Source: a virus (taxonomy: Duplodnaviria > Caudoviricetes). Taken from it: DNA of 62,344 nucleotides. The notes under the pieces are model-generated. The model saw only the letters and a list, made by a program, of their open reading frames with translations, made no database searches and was not told the DNA's origin. Position numbers and translations under genes: made by a program. Below are positions 30,755 through 40,460 of this stretch, piece after piece. The DNA is taken from positions 1 through 62,344 of the IMG/VR virus record IMGVR_UViG_3300030397_000356. One strand, written 5' to 3'. Every line of letters begins with the position of its first letter. Positions within the stretch are counted from its first letter, which is position 1.

Positions 30755-32410
30755 ATGAAAACGGTAAAATATTACAAGATATTGCAACCAATAGGACGGG
30801 ACCGCGAATTAGGAGACAACACCGGCTATCGTGGCGATTCTTATTACACTTCTTGGTATAACAAATTTGTTAATGGCTCCTTTAATAGAAAAAAGCGGTA
30901 TCGTGAATATGACATCATGGACAATGACTGTGATATCTCACTGGCCTTAGACTATATTGCCGAGGAAATGTGTGGAAACACCCCGAAAGGCTCCGATGTT
31001 TTGAAATTAGAAATGTTGACCGATCCAAGTCAGAATATAAACAATTCAACTTTATTGACGCTCAAGGCTGCATTAAGAACTTTTACTACGCTGCACGAGT
31101 TGGATTATGAAAGAATGTTCAATATCTGTCGTAGTACGATCAAATATGGAGACACTTTTTATTTAAGATCTAGAAAAAAGAACGGTAAATGGACATTCGT
31201 TTCACCCTACCGCGTTAATGCGGCAATAGTGGATAAAACTGATTCCTCGAATGTGAAAGGGTGGGTTATATCAACTGATTTTACAGGGGAATATGGTCAA
31301 CAGGGCTTATATTCTGGGACCAACTCCGGAGAAACTGGTGATGGACAATCTTTCAAGAGTTCAGATGTAATACGCTTTTCTTTGTGTGACGAGACCAGTG
31401 AGGAAGCTCCGTTCGGAATGTCCGTTCTTAGAGCGATATATCGCGATTTTAGAAAAAAAGAGCTTTTAGAAGATGCTATTGTAATTTACCGTATACAGCG
31501 AGCGCCAGAGCGCCGAGTAATATACGTTGACGTTGGTAGAAGCAATCCTAACGACGCTAGAGCCATATTAAACAACGTCAAAAAGGATTTCAGGCAAGGG
31601 CTAGTGCCAACCACTAGGGACGGCAAATCTGCCACTGATACTATCTATAACCCACAGTCCATGCAGGAAGAGTTTTTCATGGCCGTTCGGCCTAACAGTG
31701 CTACCAGAATAGAAACTCTTCCCGGAGGACAAAATTTGGGAAATCTAGATGACCTACATCTGTTTTTCCGAAAGATCTGGAGAGGACTGAAAATTCCAGA
31801 AAGCTATATCAATACGCTGGTCGGAGACGGAGGCAGAGGAATCCACCACGAAGGAAAAATTGGTATAGCTATGATGCAGGAAATAAAATTTTCTATGTAT
31901 GTCGAAAGGCTACAGACTTATATAGAAAAAACACTGGACGAAGAATTCAAGCGATTCATTTATGATAATGGTCTTAACATTGATCCGGGCCTATATAGAA
32001 TTCGCCTCAGTGAGCCGAGCAATTTCAAAAAATACCGAGAAGCGGAGGTAAACGACGCTTTGATTAACACGTACAACAATATTGTTAGTAGTAAGACAAT
32101 ATCAGCAAGATTCGCAATGAGAAAATATTTACAGTTGAGCGATGACGAATTAGCGCTGAATGAAAAACTTCTTAGAGAAGAAAAGGGGTTACCACCCGAA
32201 GGTTTTGAACACATACCTAAGTTATATTATGAAGAGGGTGCTGAAGCCGGGGGCTTCGAGGGGGGATTTGGTGGAGCCCCTTCGTTCTCTCCTGATTTGA
32301 GTTCTGGGGGAATGGATCTAAATGATGTTGAACTCCCGGAAACGGATACCTCTACGGAGCCTGATCAGCAGCCGCCCGAAAATCAGTCATCAACATTGGA
32401 TGAAAAATAG
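30755..32410 (+). CDS. gp20: Portal protein gp20
   Basis: LLEDAIVIYRIQRAPERRVIYVDVG; IETLPGGQNLG; GATAAATA at 30724-30731. Confidence 0.95.
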   Translation: MKTVKYYKILQPIGRDRELGDNTGYRGDSYYTSWYNKFVNGSFNRKKRYREYDIMDNDCDISLALDYIAEEMCGNTPKGSDVLKLEMLTDPSQNINNSTLLTLKAALRTFTTLHELDYERMFNICRSTIKYGDTFYLRSRKKNGKWTFVSPYRVNAAIVDKTDSSNVKGWVISTDFTGEYGQQGLYSGTNSGETGDGQSFKSSDVIRFSLCDETSEEAPFGMSVLRAIYRDFRKKELLEDAIVIYRIQRAPERRVIYVDVGRSNPNDARAILNNVKKDFRQGLVPTTRDGKSATDTIYNPQSMQEEFFMAVRPNSATRIETLPGGQNLGNLDDLHLFFRKIWRGLKIPESYINTLVGDGGRGIHHEGKIGIAMMQEIKFSMYVERLQTYIEKTLDEEFKRFIYDNGLNIDPGLYRIRLSEPSNFKKYREAEVNDALINTYNNIVSSKTISARFAMRKYLQLSDDELALNEKLLREEKGLPPEGFEHIPKLYYEEGAEAGGFEGGFGGAPSFSPDLSSGGMDLNDVELPETDTSTEPDQQPPENQSSTLDEK

Positions 32411-32456
32411 TCAATATAGATAAATAGCAATATAAATACATCAACATAGGAGATTA

Positions 32457-32906
32457 ATGGCGATGAACATTGAAGAATTTGGGAAGAAATTTCTTAAAGC
32501 TTGGGGAACGACTGAAAATTTGAAAGAAATGGAATCTGACGAGTTAAGTCAAATGCGAAAAGAGTTAGATGAAGTTTTTTCATCTTATCTCACCGAAAAG
32601 ATGGCAAAAATAATTGTCGAGGACCACGAGAAAAGAATGACAGCGAGCGAAATGTCGGCTCATATAATAAAGCTATTCAGAATGTGTCCGAATCGTGACG
32701 TGGAAAAAGAATTTTTATCTATTGTGGCAGATGCTACAGACAGAGAGGAATGCACAGAGAAAGATTTACCGGAATGTGCAAGAGTGTTATGCAACAATGA
32801 TGAAGAAGAGTGTGACGATGTGATCCATAAGCTTGAGTCTTTGGTCAAATACAACGAGCCAGAGGCGGACGACGATGGTGACGAAGAAGAAAAAGACGCA
32901 GAATGA
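32457..32906 (+). CDS. Hypothetical acidic head-cluster protein
   Basis: AGGAG RBS; tandem late promoters at 32419-32426 and 32431-32438. Confidence 0.7.
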   Translation: MAMNIEEFGKKFLKAWGTTENLKEMESDELSQMRKELDEVFSSYLTEKMAKIIVEDHEKRMTASEMSAHIIKLFRMCPNRDVEKEFLSIVADATDREECTEKDLPECARVLCNNDEEECDDVIHKLESLVKYNEPEADDDGDEEEKDAE

Positions 32907-32912
32907 TCTACT

Positions 32913-33140
32913 ATGGGTAAAAAACATTTGTCATTCAAGAGAAAAGTTTTTGAGCGCATTGGGAATATGTCTGAGCTATTCACACAAGAAATGACTCGGA
33001 AGAGAAATCGATTAAAAAAGGTCGAATCGGACGAGCAGGAAGAAATAGATCCACACTATTTAGATCATCTGATGAAAGTATATAAAACCCCGAGGTCTCT
33101 TCTTAAATATCTTCAATACGCTAACGCAAAAGAAGATTAA
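32913..33140 (+). CDS. Hypothetical protein
   Basis: 75-aa ORF packed in the head operon. Confidence 0.6.
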   Translation: MGKKHLSFKRKVFERIGNMSELFTQEMTRKRNRLKKVESDEQEEIDPHYLDHLMKVYKTPRSLLKYLQYANAKED

Positions 33141-33188
33141 TTTAAGAAATATTTGATAAATAACCAGTGAAAACAAAAGGTAAAACTT

Positions 33189-33644
33189 ATGAAAACGATA
33201 CAGAAAAAATTGGTAGAAGAACTTGTTGCAGGAAAAGATGAATCTTTTCGTGAGTTGTTCAAAGAGTATATCTATGAACAGTCTAGGAAAATATTAAACA
33301 CATCAAAGCTTAATAAAGTGAGCATAAAAGGACATGACATTTATCTTGATGGAAAAAAGGTTGGAACTTTTGAGGTTACTGAGGACGGCGTTGTTTATAC
33401 AGATGAAGAGGGGAATGTTAAAACGTTTGAAACAGATACCGAGATGATCAGACATGTAGCAGGAGTTGGACCTGACGAACCATCATATTTAGAATCGGAG
33501 GAAGACGGCGAAGATTCTGACGAAGAAACTGAAGAAGAAACTGAAGAAGACAACGAGGACGGCGAAGATTCCGAAGAAGAAGAAGAAGATTCTGAAGAAG
33601 ACGACGAAGATTCTGAAGAAGACGACGAAGAGGGTACTAAATAA
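33189..33644 (+). CDS. Prohead core-like protein with poly-acidic tail (gp67/gp68-like position)
   Basis: Between portal and protease; E/D/S-rich C-terminus; GATAAATA at 33155-33162. Confidence 0.6.
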   Translation: MKTIQKKLVEELVAGKDESFRELFKEYIYEQSRKILNTSKLNKVSIKGHDIYLDGKKVGTFEVTEDGVVYTDEEGNVKTFETDTEMIRHVAGVGPDEPSYLESEEDGEDSDEETEEETEEDNEDGEDSEEEEEDSEEDDEDSEEDDEEGTK

Positions 33645-34282
33645 TGGAGGTTCTGATAGAAAGCATACAACCCGATGTTGCCAGAATTGTATGTGAGTCC
33701 CCGTCCCCTAACAAATCAAATAGCATGCAGTTGCGTGGAATATTCATGCAGGCGGACATAAAAAATGGAAATAACAGAATCTATCCACTAAGCGAGATGA
33801 CTAGAGCGGTGGAAGAAGCAAATAAAACTATAGCTAAAAATGGCGGAATCTTTGGTGAATTGGACCATCCCGAGAGACTTCTTATTCAAATGGATAGGAT
33901 TTCTCACGCTATAAAAGAACTTTATGTATCTGGTAACAACGTTATGGGTAGAGCGGAGATTTTAAAAACGCCCATGGGTTTGATAGCCGAAGAGCTTGGG
34001 AAATCTGGAGTTCGCTATGGTATATCAAGTCGAGGTGCTGGGCACGTAGATCCAGAGACAGGAAAGGTCTCCAAATTTGTTTTCGTTACAGCGGACCTTG
34101 TAGCCACACCTTCTGCACCGGGAGCATACCCACAACCAATAACAGAGGGCTTGTTCGCAGACAGTAGACAAGGTAGAAAAGTTTTGACATTGGCAGAAAG
34201 TCTGGCGCACGATGAAGGCGCTCAACAATATTTCAAAAAGAGTGTTGCTAAATTCCTTGAGGAAGTTTTTTCAAAAATGTAA
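33644..34282 (+). CDS. gp21: Prohead protease gp21
   Basis: GIFMQADIKNGNNRIYP, GELDHP, TPMG, GISSRGAG, DLVATPSAPGA. Confidence 0.95.
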   Translation: MEVLIESIQPDVARIVCESPSPNKSNSMQLRGIFMQADIKNGNNRIYPLSEMTRAVEEANKTIAKNGGIFGELDHPERLLIQMDRISHAIKELYVSGNNVMGRAEILKTPMGLIAEELGKSGVRYGISSRGAGHVDPETGKVSKFVFVTADLVATPSAPGAYPQPITEGLFADSRQGRKVLTLAESLAHDEGAQQYFKKSVAKFLEEVFSKM

Positions 34283-34308
34283 TCAATAGTGAAATTGCTT
34301 CATGTTTC

Positions 34309-34334
34309 TCCCGGCTTCGCGCCGGGATTTTTTT
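34309..34334 (+). terminator. Rho-independent terminator
   Basis: TCCCGGC-TTCGC-GCCGGGA followed by a T run. Confidence 0.8.
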
Positions 34335-34373
34335 GGATAAATATACACACACCAATTAAGGAGAGAATGAATT

Positions 34374-34562
34374 ATGCCAATTTTTGATTATCAATGCGAG
34401 AAGTGTGAAAAAGTTGTAGAAAAGATTGTTACTTTTGCAGACGCAGATAAAGATTTTCCTTGCGACTGTAAAAAAGGCGCAAAACTAAAAAAGGTTACTA
34501 AAGCCAACAAGTTTAATTTTGCATTAAAAGGCCGTTGGTTCAAAACCACGGGCGGATATTGA
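34374..34562 (+). CDS. FmdB-family zinc-ribbon protein
   Basis: MPIFDYQCEKC...PCDC...FALKGRWFKT; GGAG RBS; GATAAATA at 34336-34343. Confidence 0.85.
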   Translation: MPIFDYQCEKCEKVVEKIVTFADADKDFPCDCKKGAKLKKVTKANKFNFALKGRWFKTTGGY

Positions 34563-34745
34563 GCTAATTGTCTAATTATAAAGGGGTTTTTAGAAGCTTT
34601 CTAAAAAGAATTGAAAAAGTAAAAAAAATAAAAAGCTTTATAAATCAATAAGTTACGAAAGCATAAAGCGATTTTTATTTTTTACTTATAAATCAAATAA
34701 ATATACACCGAGAAATGATAACTAAATTCCTTTGGAGAAAAACAC

Positions 34746-35669
34746 ATGGATGAATTGCTTAAAAAACTGGTTGAATCTGAGTTACTAAATGAAGAAACTC
34801 GTAAAGAACTAGAAGAACAGTTAAATACCGCATTAAACGCTAAGGTTAACGAAAAGGTTGAAAAACTTGAAGAATCGTTAAAAGCCGAGTATGCAAAAAG
34901 ATTTGTTAAAGAAAAAGAGCAGCTTGCAGAAGCTCTCGATACAAAAGTGGAAGAATGTTTACGTGCGGAATTAGAAGAGCTTAAAGAAGACATCGAAAGG
35001 TTCCGTGATCTTGAAGCCGAATATGCAAAGAAGCTGGTAGAAGAAAAAGAAAAAATGGCTCAAACTTTGCAATCAGACATTCGGAACTTGATGGAGGCTC
35101 TTGACGCATACGTCGAGGAGCGTCTCGTGGAAGAGCTTAATGAGTGTAGAGACTCAATCGAAGAAGTGTTGAAAGAAAATTATGGTAGGAAAATTGTCGA
35201 ATCTATCGGCAACGAATACCGTGAACGCTTTTTGAGCGAAGCAGATATTGAAGAGAAAAAATTGCAATTGGAAGCTGAATTGACTGAAGCTCGCGAAGAA
35301 TTGCAGAATGTTAAGAAACAGCTTGATGAATCTATAAGATCAAGAAAGCTGGAAGAAGTTTTGGAAAGCTTGTCTGGATCTACCAGAAGCGTGATGGAGG
35401 CTATACTTGAGAACGTTCCAACAGAGCGTCTTGAGGAAGCGTATGATCGCTATATTGGTAAGGTCTTGAAAGAAGCTACCAATGAAGAATCGGAGAAGGA
35501 AAAAGGAGTACTTGCCGAAGGAGAAAACAGCAAAGAAGACATACTTAAAGAAGGTGACTCTTCAAACGTCCTCCCCACTGAAGCAGATAGTGGTGCTGAT
35601 GCCGAGAGTCAAGAATTTAAGGAATGGATACAATTGCTGAGAAAACGCGCAGGCGTGACAAACGCCTAA
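34746..35669 (+). CDS. gp22: Prohead scaffold protein gp22
   Basis: Glu-rich coiled coil immediately upstream of the major capsid gene. Confidence 0.85.
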   Translation: MDELLKKLVESELLNEETRKELEEQLNTALNAKVNEKVEKLEESLKAEYAKRFVKEKEQLAEALDTKVEECLRAELEELKEDIERFRDLEAEYAKKLVEEKEKMAQTLQSDIRNLMEALDAYVEERLVEELNECRDSIEEVLKENYGRKIVESIGNEYRERFLSEADIEEKKLQLEAELTEAREELQNVKKQLDESIRSRKLEEVLESLSGSTRSVMEAILENVPTERLEEAYDRYIGKVLKEATNEESEKEKGVLAEGENSKEDILKEGDSSNVLPTEADSGADAESQEFKEWIQLLRKRAGVTNA

Positions 35670-35704
35670 CAGAAAAAAGTCTATTTTAATTAAAGGAGAA
35701 AAAT

Positions 35705-37114
35705 ATGGACAGACAATTACTTACAGAAAAATGGGCTGACGTGCGCGAGGCTCTTTTGGATGGACTCAATGGTACACTACGTGAAAACGTCGAGGTACTG
35801 CTAGAAAACCAAAGACGTGAAATACTAAAAGAAACTGCTCCGGCGGGATCTATAGAGGCTCACGATATCGCTAATTATCGTCACACCCTTCTACCAATGA
35901 TACGTCGTATCATACCGGGAACCATCGGCACTGAGATTGTCGGTGTACAGGCAATGGACGGCCCCGTTGCCCAAGTCTACACAATGAGATATGTGTATGA
36001 AGAAGAAATGAATGCTCCGGCAGGGTTTGAAGGAAATCCCTTTGGGGGCTTCGATATCTCACCCGGAGATGAAGCGTTCGGCAACGACAGACCGATTAGA
36101 CGGTTTTACGCTGGATCTACTGGCTCGGCTCAGTTGGCGGGTGCTTCTGGAATCGCCAACCCTAATGCGGCTGAAGCTGACATCGATGTTGGACCAGCTA
36201 CCGGCGAAGGTTGGGAGTCTTCAAGAGACGCTACTACCTATGAGACAGGAACAACTCTTTATGGTAACCCTGTCGGCGGATCTCTGCTAGGTGGTTCAGG
36301 TAGCTTCTTGGAAGGTTCCGGCGGTCGTAAAATGACTCTGAGAGTCGTTTCACAGACCGTTGAAGCTAAATCTAGGAAGCTACAGGCTGGCTGGACTCTT
36401 GAAGCCATGCAGGACGCCAAGAACGGACATGGGCTTGACATCGAAACGGAGATGACAAAAGGGCTTACAGCCGAAATCGTTCAGGAGATCGATGCCGAGA
36501 TCATAGGAGACCTTTTGGCTCTTGCTGGAACGGTTCGAACGTTTGACTATAACAACACGGGCGGTCCTACCTATGCACCAGCTTTTGCCGGTGACAGGTT
36601 TGCCAACCTTGGGGTTAGAATAACTGAGGTTGCGAACGAGATCGCCAGAAAGACGCGCAGAGGCGCAGGTAATTTTATAGTTGCTTCGCCAATGATGGTC
36701 AGCGTGCTAACCAGTGCGGCTAAAGCGGTGTTCGCTCCAGCAGTTCAGGGCTCATTCAAAGGCCCTAACAACACCGAGCTAGTTGGAACTCTGAACGGGA
36801 CCATCAAAGTGTATAACTATCTGTGGAATCAGGCGCAGTCATTGGACGCTCTGAGCGCAGGTGCTGGTGGCGGTGCCGACAGAATTCTAGTCGGTTACAA
36901 GGGTGGAAACGGTGAAACCGATACTGGGTATTGGTATACTCCGTACATTCCGGTCACGAGTACCGGCGTCATTATGAATCCGGTAACGACTACGCCGATG
37001 ATAAGCTTGATGACCCGCTACGGCAAGCTGGCCTTGACTGATCCAACGACATCGTTGGGCAACTCGGCTGATTATTACGGTAAAATCAATGTTGTTAACC
37101 TAGACTTCGTTTGA
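35705..37114 (+). CDS. gp23: Major capsid protein gp23
   Basis: EIVGVQAMDGP, VEAKSRKLQAGWTLEAMQD, TRRGAGNFIVAS, YTPYIP, LMTRYG. Confidence 0.97.
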   Translation: MDRQLLTEKWADVREALLDGLNGTLRENVEVLLENQRREILKETAPAGSIEAHDIANYRHTLLPMIRRIIPGTIGTEIVGVQAMDGPVAQVYTMRYVYEEEMNAPAGFEGNPFGGFDISPGDEAFGNDRPIRRFYAGSTGSAQLAGASGIANPNAAEADIDVGPATGEGWESSRDATTYETGTTLYGNPVGGSLLGGSGSFLEGSGGRKMTLRVVSQTVEAKSRKLQAGWTLEAMQDAKNGHGLDIETEMTKGLTAEIVQEIDAEIIGDLLALAGTVRTFDYNNTGGPTYAPAFAGDRFANLGVRITEVANEIARKTRRGAGNFIVASPMMVSVLTSAAKAVFAPAVQGSFKGPNNTELVGTLNGTIKVYNYLWNQAQSLDALSAGAGGGADRILVGYKGGNGETDTGYWYTPYIPVTSTGVIMNPVTTTPMISLMTRYGKLALTDPTTSLGNSADYYGKINVVNLDFV

Positions 37115-37132
37115 TAACATACCGTTGATCGA

Positions 37133-37161
37133 CAAAAAACCCCCGCGTGCGGGGGTTTTTT
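37133..37161 (+). terminator. Rho-independent terminator after gp23 (bidirectional appearance)
   Basis: AAAAAACCCCCGC-GT-GCGGGGGTTTTTT. Confidence 0.9.
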
Positions 37162-37222
37162 GTTTTAATGGCACACCGTAATGTGCACATGATAAATAGA
37201 TTAAAACGCATAGGAACGTTCT

Positions 37223-37561
37223 TTGACCAAGCTCTCTTTTTCTGAATACTATAAAAGTAAACAACAGTTGTTGGAGAAAGCTGAAGAGACCCCACGAGTG
37301 TATTCGTTGTATGAGATGAAATCATACAAACGTGTTCCCGTTTCCAAAACTTTGGAAGATCAAGAAGAAAAAATCTACATTAACCTCAAACCGAAAGACA
37401 GGATAAAAATTTTGTGGGAATATGAAGACATCTACCGACCAACTGCTAGAATATTTGTTGTAGTGCACGAAGATGGATCTCAAGACCATTATATACCCAA
37501 GTGGAGTAATAAAAAAATGCTTCATTGGGTTTTATCTAACGCTAAAGAGTTAGACGTTTGA
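37223..37561 (+). CDS. Hypothetical late protein
   Basis: 112-aa ORF with TTG start; GATAAATA at 37191-37198. Confidence 0.65.
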   Translation: MTKLSFSEYYKSKQQLLEKAEETPRVYSLYEMKSYKRVPVSKTLEDQEEKIYINLKPKDRIKILWEYEDIYRPTARIFVVVHEDGSQDHYIPKWSNKKMLHWVLSNAKELDV

Positions 37562-37628
37562 GAAGATTCTCTTAAAAGGTAAAAAAGCCCCCATATAGAT
37601 AAATACTAGAGAGCACAATGGGGCATTT

Positions 37629-38384
37629 ATGGATATTTTCTCGCATTTATGGGGCTTACTGATAAGATCAGATAATAGTCCCATATACCTTGCTACGCTA
37701 GTTTTAATAGCCAGTTCTTTATATTTTTTCATAAAAAGCAAGATAGAAATCTGGGCATATCAAAAAAAAGATGACGTTAGAAGACGCCGCTCAATAGATG
37801 TGGACGCAGAGATAAAGGAACTGAAGAACTCATCATTTTTTAACTATTTGAAATTTAAGTTAAATGTAAAACTATATGTTAACAAGTTTTCAGATGATCC
37901 CGGAATAGACCTGCTATACAAGGATCTTTTGAGGATGTTGTTAACATCTTTTTATACTACGTTTAACGAGCGGGTTGATAGATTGAAATTTCTTCAGTCG
38001 GATAAGGAGTTCGAAACACATTGGCATTCGGCATTAAATGAAACACTTGAGAATTTTTCCCTATCCTGTGACAAAGAAGGAATCTCGGACATTGCCAAAG
38101 TCAGTTTTTTGGCTTGGGTTTCTCCATTCATCACCGAACTTTATAAGTTCATATCAGATATTTCTAGGACTGAAATAAACATATACAATAAGACTCGGCT
38201 GTTGTTATTAAGTGCGGAAATGGTTTTGGTTATAGCGGTTGGACAGTTGAAAGTTAAAGAGATATTTAATGGGCGGCTAAAGGGCCTTGAATATAAAGGG
38301 ATGATTCTTGGAAAAGATCAGAGAAAGGCTGACGCATATGAAGATGGTCAAAAAAAAAATAGAAAATTTCCGTTAAGTGGCTAA
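37629..38384 (+). CDS. Late membrane protein, possible holin (single N-terminal TM plus soluble domain)
   Basis: IYLATLVLIASSLYFFI hydrophobic helix; GATAAATA at 37598-37605; holin function is a guess from topology. Confidence 0.5.
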   Translation: MDIFSHLWGLLIRSDNSPIYLATLVLIASSLYFFIKSKIEIWAYQKKDDVRRRRSIDVDAEIKELKNSSFFNYLKFKLNVKLYVNKFSDDPGIDLLYKDLLRMLLTSFYTTFNERVDRLKFLQSDKEFETHWHSALNETLENFSLSCDKEGISDIAKVSFLAWVSPFITELYKFISDISRTEINIYNKTRLLLLSAEMVLVIAVGQLKVKEIFNGRLKGLEYKGMILGKDQRKADAYEDGQKKNRKFPLSG

Positions 38385-38397
38385 AGTCTTAGATTAT

Positions 38398-38560
38398 GTG
38401 AACTACCCATTTGCTAAAGACAAATGGGCTTCGGACTTCGCAGATAGTTGAGTATTACTACTTCTTACACCATCTCCATCCGTGTAATCGACTGTCCCAG
38501 CCGATATTATTTTCAATCCTTCTTTCAGAATGTTCTTTGCTGCATTTAAATCACGGTCTA
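38398..38560 (-). ncRNA. TnpB omega (re)RNA scaffold overlapping the tnpB 3' end
   Basis: Expected position at the IS right end with terminal hairpin; 5' boundary approximate; guide would be the flank ATAATCTAAGACTTTAGCCA. Confidence 0.65.
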
Positions 38561-39593
38561 ATTTATGTCCATTTTTGCAAGTCCATTCACGAACCGAAAG
38601 ATTTAAATCTTGATTTATCCATCCACACACATTACAAGTTTTGCTTGAAGGGTAAAAGCGATTGATTTTAACAACTTGTTTATCGTTCCAATCTGCTTTG
38701 TACTCCAAGAATCTCACAAATGTACCCCAACTTGCATCTGCAATGTGTTTTGATAATTTTCTATTGCTCATCATTCCCTTTACATTAAGGTCTTCCAAAG
38801 CAATTATGTCATAATCAGAAACAAGTTGATGCGATACCTTATGCAATACATCTTGTCTTGTGTTGGATATTTTCTCGTGTATTTTGGCAACTTTTCGTTT
38901 TTGTCTTTCAAACGAATTGCTGCCTTTTTGCTTACGAGAAAGATGTTTTTGTGCTTTCGCTAAATCTCTTTCATATTTCTTGGTATATCTGTTATTCTTG
39001 AATTTGATGCCGTCAGAAGTAATGGCAAAATCTTTCAAACCTAAATCTATTCCGCAAACAGCACCAGTTTTTTCTTTTGGCTGATATTGTTCTTCAGTTA
39101 AAATTGAAACATAGTATCTTCCAGTCGGTGTTTTAGTAAAGGTCATTTTGCCAACATTGCCCTTTATTTCACGGTGAACAATACATTTAATCCCTTCTTT
39201 GAATTTTGGAACGTAAATTCTACCATCAACCAATTTTGTGTGTTGTGGTACTGTGAATCTGTTCTTTCTTTTCTTTGATTTAAATCTTGGGAACTTGGCA
39301 TTGCCACGAAAGAAGTTAAGGTATGCAGTATCCAAAGACCTTAAAGCAAATTGCAGGGTTTGACTGTTTACTTCTTTAAGCCAAACAGTTTCCTCTTGCT
39401 TTTTTAATTCAGTCAAAGTTTTTGCTTGAGCATAGTAGTTGTCAGACTTCTTGTTTGCCTGATACTGTTCTTTACGCTCATTCAGAAAGTAATTGTAAAC
39501 AAAACGTGTTGCACCAAAGTGTTTATTTAAAAGAATTGTTTGTTCTTTGTTAGGTTTTAACTCAAATTTGTATGTTCTGTGAATTTTACGCAT
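38403..39593 (-). CDS. tnpB: RNA-guided endonuclease TnpB
   Basis: N-terminal HRTYKFELKP...FGATRFVYN; RuvC D (GIDLG), E (IALEDL), D (DRDLNAAKNI) all present; zinc-ribbon SSKTCNVCG. Confidence 0.97.
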   Translation of the reverse strand: MRKIHRTYKFELKPNKEQTILLNKHFGATRFVYNYFLNERKEQYQANKKSDNYYAQAKTLTELKKQEETVWLKEVNSQTLQFALRSLDTAYLNFFRGNAKFPRFKSKKRKNRFTVPQHTKLVDGRIYVPKFKEGIKCIVHREIKGNVGKMTFTKTPTGRYYVSILTEEQYQPKEKTGAVCGIDLGLKDFAITSDGIKFKNNRYTKKYERDLAKAQKHLSRKQKGSNSFERQKRKVAKIHEKISNTRQDVLHKVSHQLVSDYDIIALEDLNVKGMMSNRKLSKHIADASWGTFVRFLEYKADWNDKQVVKINRFYPSSKTCNVCGWINQDLNLSVREWTCKNGHKLDRDLNAAKNILKEGLKIISAGTVDYTDGDGVRSSNTQLSAKSEAHLSLANG

Positions 39594-40278
39594 ATCTGAA
39601 CTTTAAACCATTTGCTGTTTTATATTCACCAGTACACACTCGATTTATAGATGACCTATGAACATTGAGTTCATCAGAAGCCTCTTTAATTGAGGTAAAT
39701 TTGTTTATTACATTACCCCTATCATCTATTTGTTCAACTGAACGTTTATGACGTTCAAAATTAAAACCCCAAGTTTCAGTTTCTAAATGACAGTCATAAC
39801 AAAGTGTTCTGCCATTGCTCACATCCCAAAGGTCTTTACAAGAGATTGCTTCTTCAATAGAAGATATATTATTGTCTTCAACGATTTTAGATAATGGGAT
39901 TATGTGGTCACAATTCAAAATAATTCTATTCCCTTTTTGTCTTTTAGAACCACATTTCTGACAAGTATAATTATCCCTATCATAAACCTTAGTTCTCCAA
40001 ATAGAATATTCGGGCAATTTTCTTATTTTGTTCTTTAGTTTGACTGTACCACCTTTCCAGTTCCAAGCATTTTCACCAGAGATTTTCTCTAAAAATCTTT
40101 TTTGTTTTTTACTTTCGCCACGACTTCTTATCGGGATACTATTCTTTTTGAGAAGTTTTCTGACACTTGAAACATCAATTGAAAACATCTGTGCTAATTC
40201 AGTAGTGCTATACCCTTTTTGATATTTACTGCAAATATCAATTCTTTCTTGTTCTGTTAATTTATAAGGTCTTGCCAT
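39586..40278 (-). CDS. HNH homing endonuclease with N-terminal HTH and C-terminal NUMOD1-like domain
   Basis: GENAWNWKGG; RDNYTCQKCG...DHIIP...NGRTLCYDCH; VEQIDDRGNVINKFTSIKEAS...INRVCTG..KTANGLKFRY. Confidence 0.9.
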   Translation of the reverse strand: MARPYKLTEQERIDICSKYQKGYSTTELAQMFSIDVSSVRKLLKKNSIPIRSRGESKKQKRFLEKISGENAWNWKGGTVKLKNKIRKLPEYSIWRTKVYDRDNYTCQKCGSKRQKGNRIILNCDHIIPLSKIVEDNNISSIEEAISCKDLWDVSNGRTLCYDCHLETETWGFNFERHKRSVEQIDDRGNVINKFTSIKEASDELNVHRSSINRVCTGEYKTANGLKFRYA

Positions 40279-40285
40279 TACTATA

Positions 40286-40375
40286 CTACTTATTCACGAA
40301 GTGTTTATCCAGCAACACTTTTTGGTCTTGTGTTGGTCTTAATTCAAAGCGATATGTCCTGTGTATTGTTTTCAT
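40286..40375 (-). pseudogene. tnpB: Orphaned 5' stub of tnpB (29 aa)
   Basis: Reads MKTIHRTYRFELRPTQDQKVLLDKHFVNK*; colinear with MRKIHRTYKFELKPNKEQTILLNKHF of the intact TnpB. Confidence 0.9.
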
Positions 40376-40391
40376 GTTTACAAATATACTA

Positions 40392-40399
40392 TATTTATA
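40392..40399 (-). promoter_or_regulatory. Late promoter TATAAATA inside the IS, upstream of stub-HNH-tnpB
   Basis: TATTTATA on +, 17 nt upstream of the stub ATG. Confidence 0.65.
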
Positions 40400-40407
40400 C
40401 TAAATAC

Positions 40408-40460
40408 GCAAGTTTTTGTAAAAGTTCCGTCTTTGGGTAAAAACTTTCACAAAAACTTGC
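40408..40460. repeat. Inverted repeat upstream of tnpA
   Basis: GCAAGTTTTTGT ... ACAAAAACTTGC, ending 6 nt before the tnpA ATG. Confidence 0.8.

Noticed and set aside
33495-33635. GAAGATTCTGAAGAAGACGAC-type repeats as a CRISPR or tandem array
   Set aside because: Simply codons of a poly-acidic protein tail; no spacers
34563-34745. AT-rich gap with TTTTAGAAGCTTTCTAAAA near-palindrome as an origin
   Set aside because: Adequately explained as the promoter region of gp22/gp23; no further support
39515-40296. Group I intron/IStron or intein explanation for the HNH within tnpB
   Set aside because: Only a few non-coding nt flank the HNH ORF, so no ribozyme core fits; the stub ends in a stop and the N-terminus is duplicated rather than spliced
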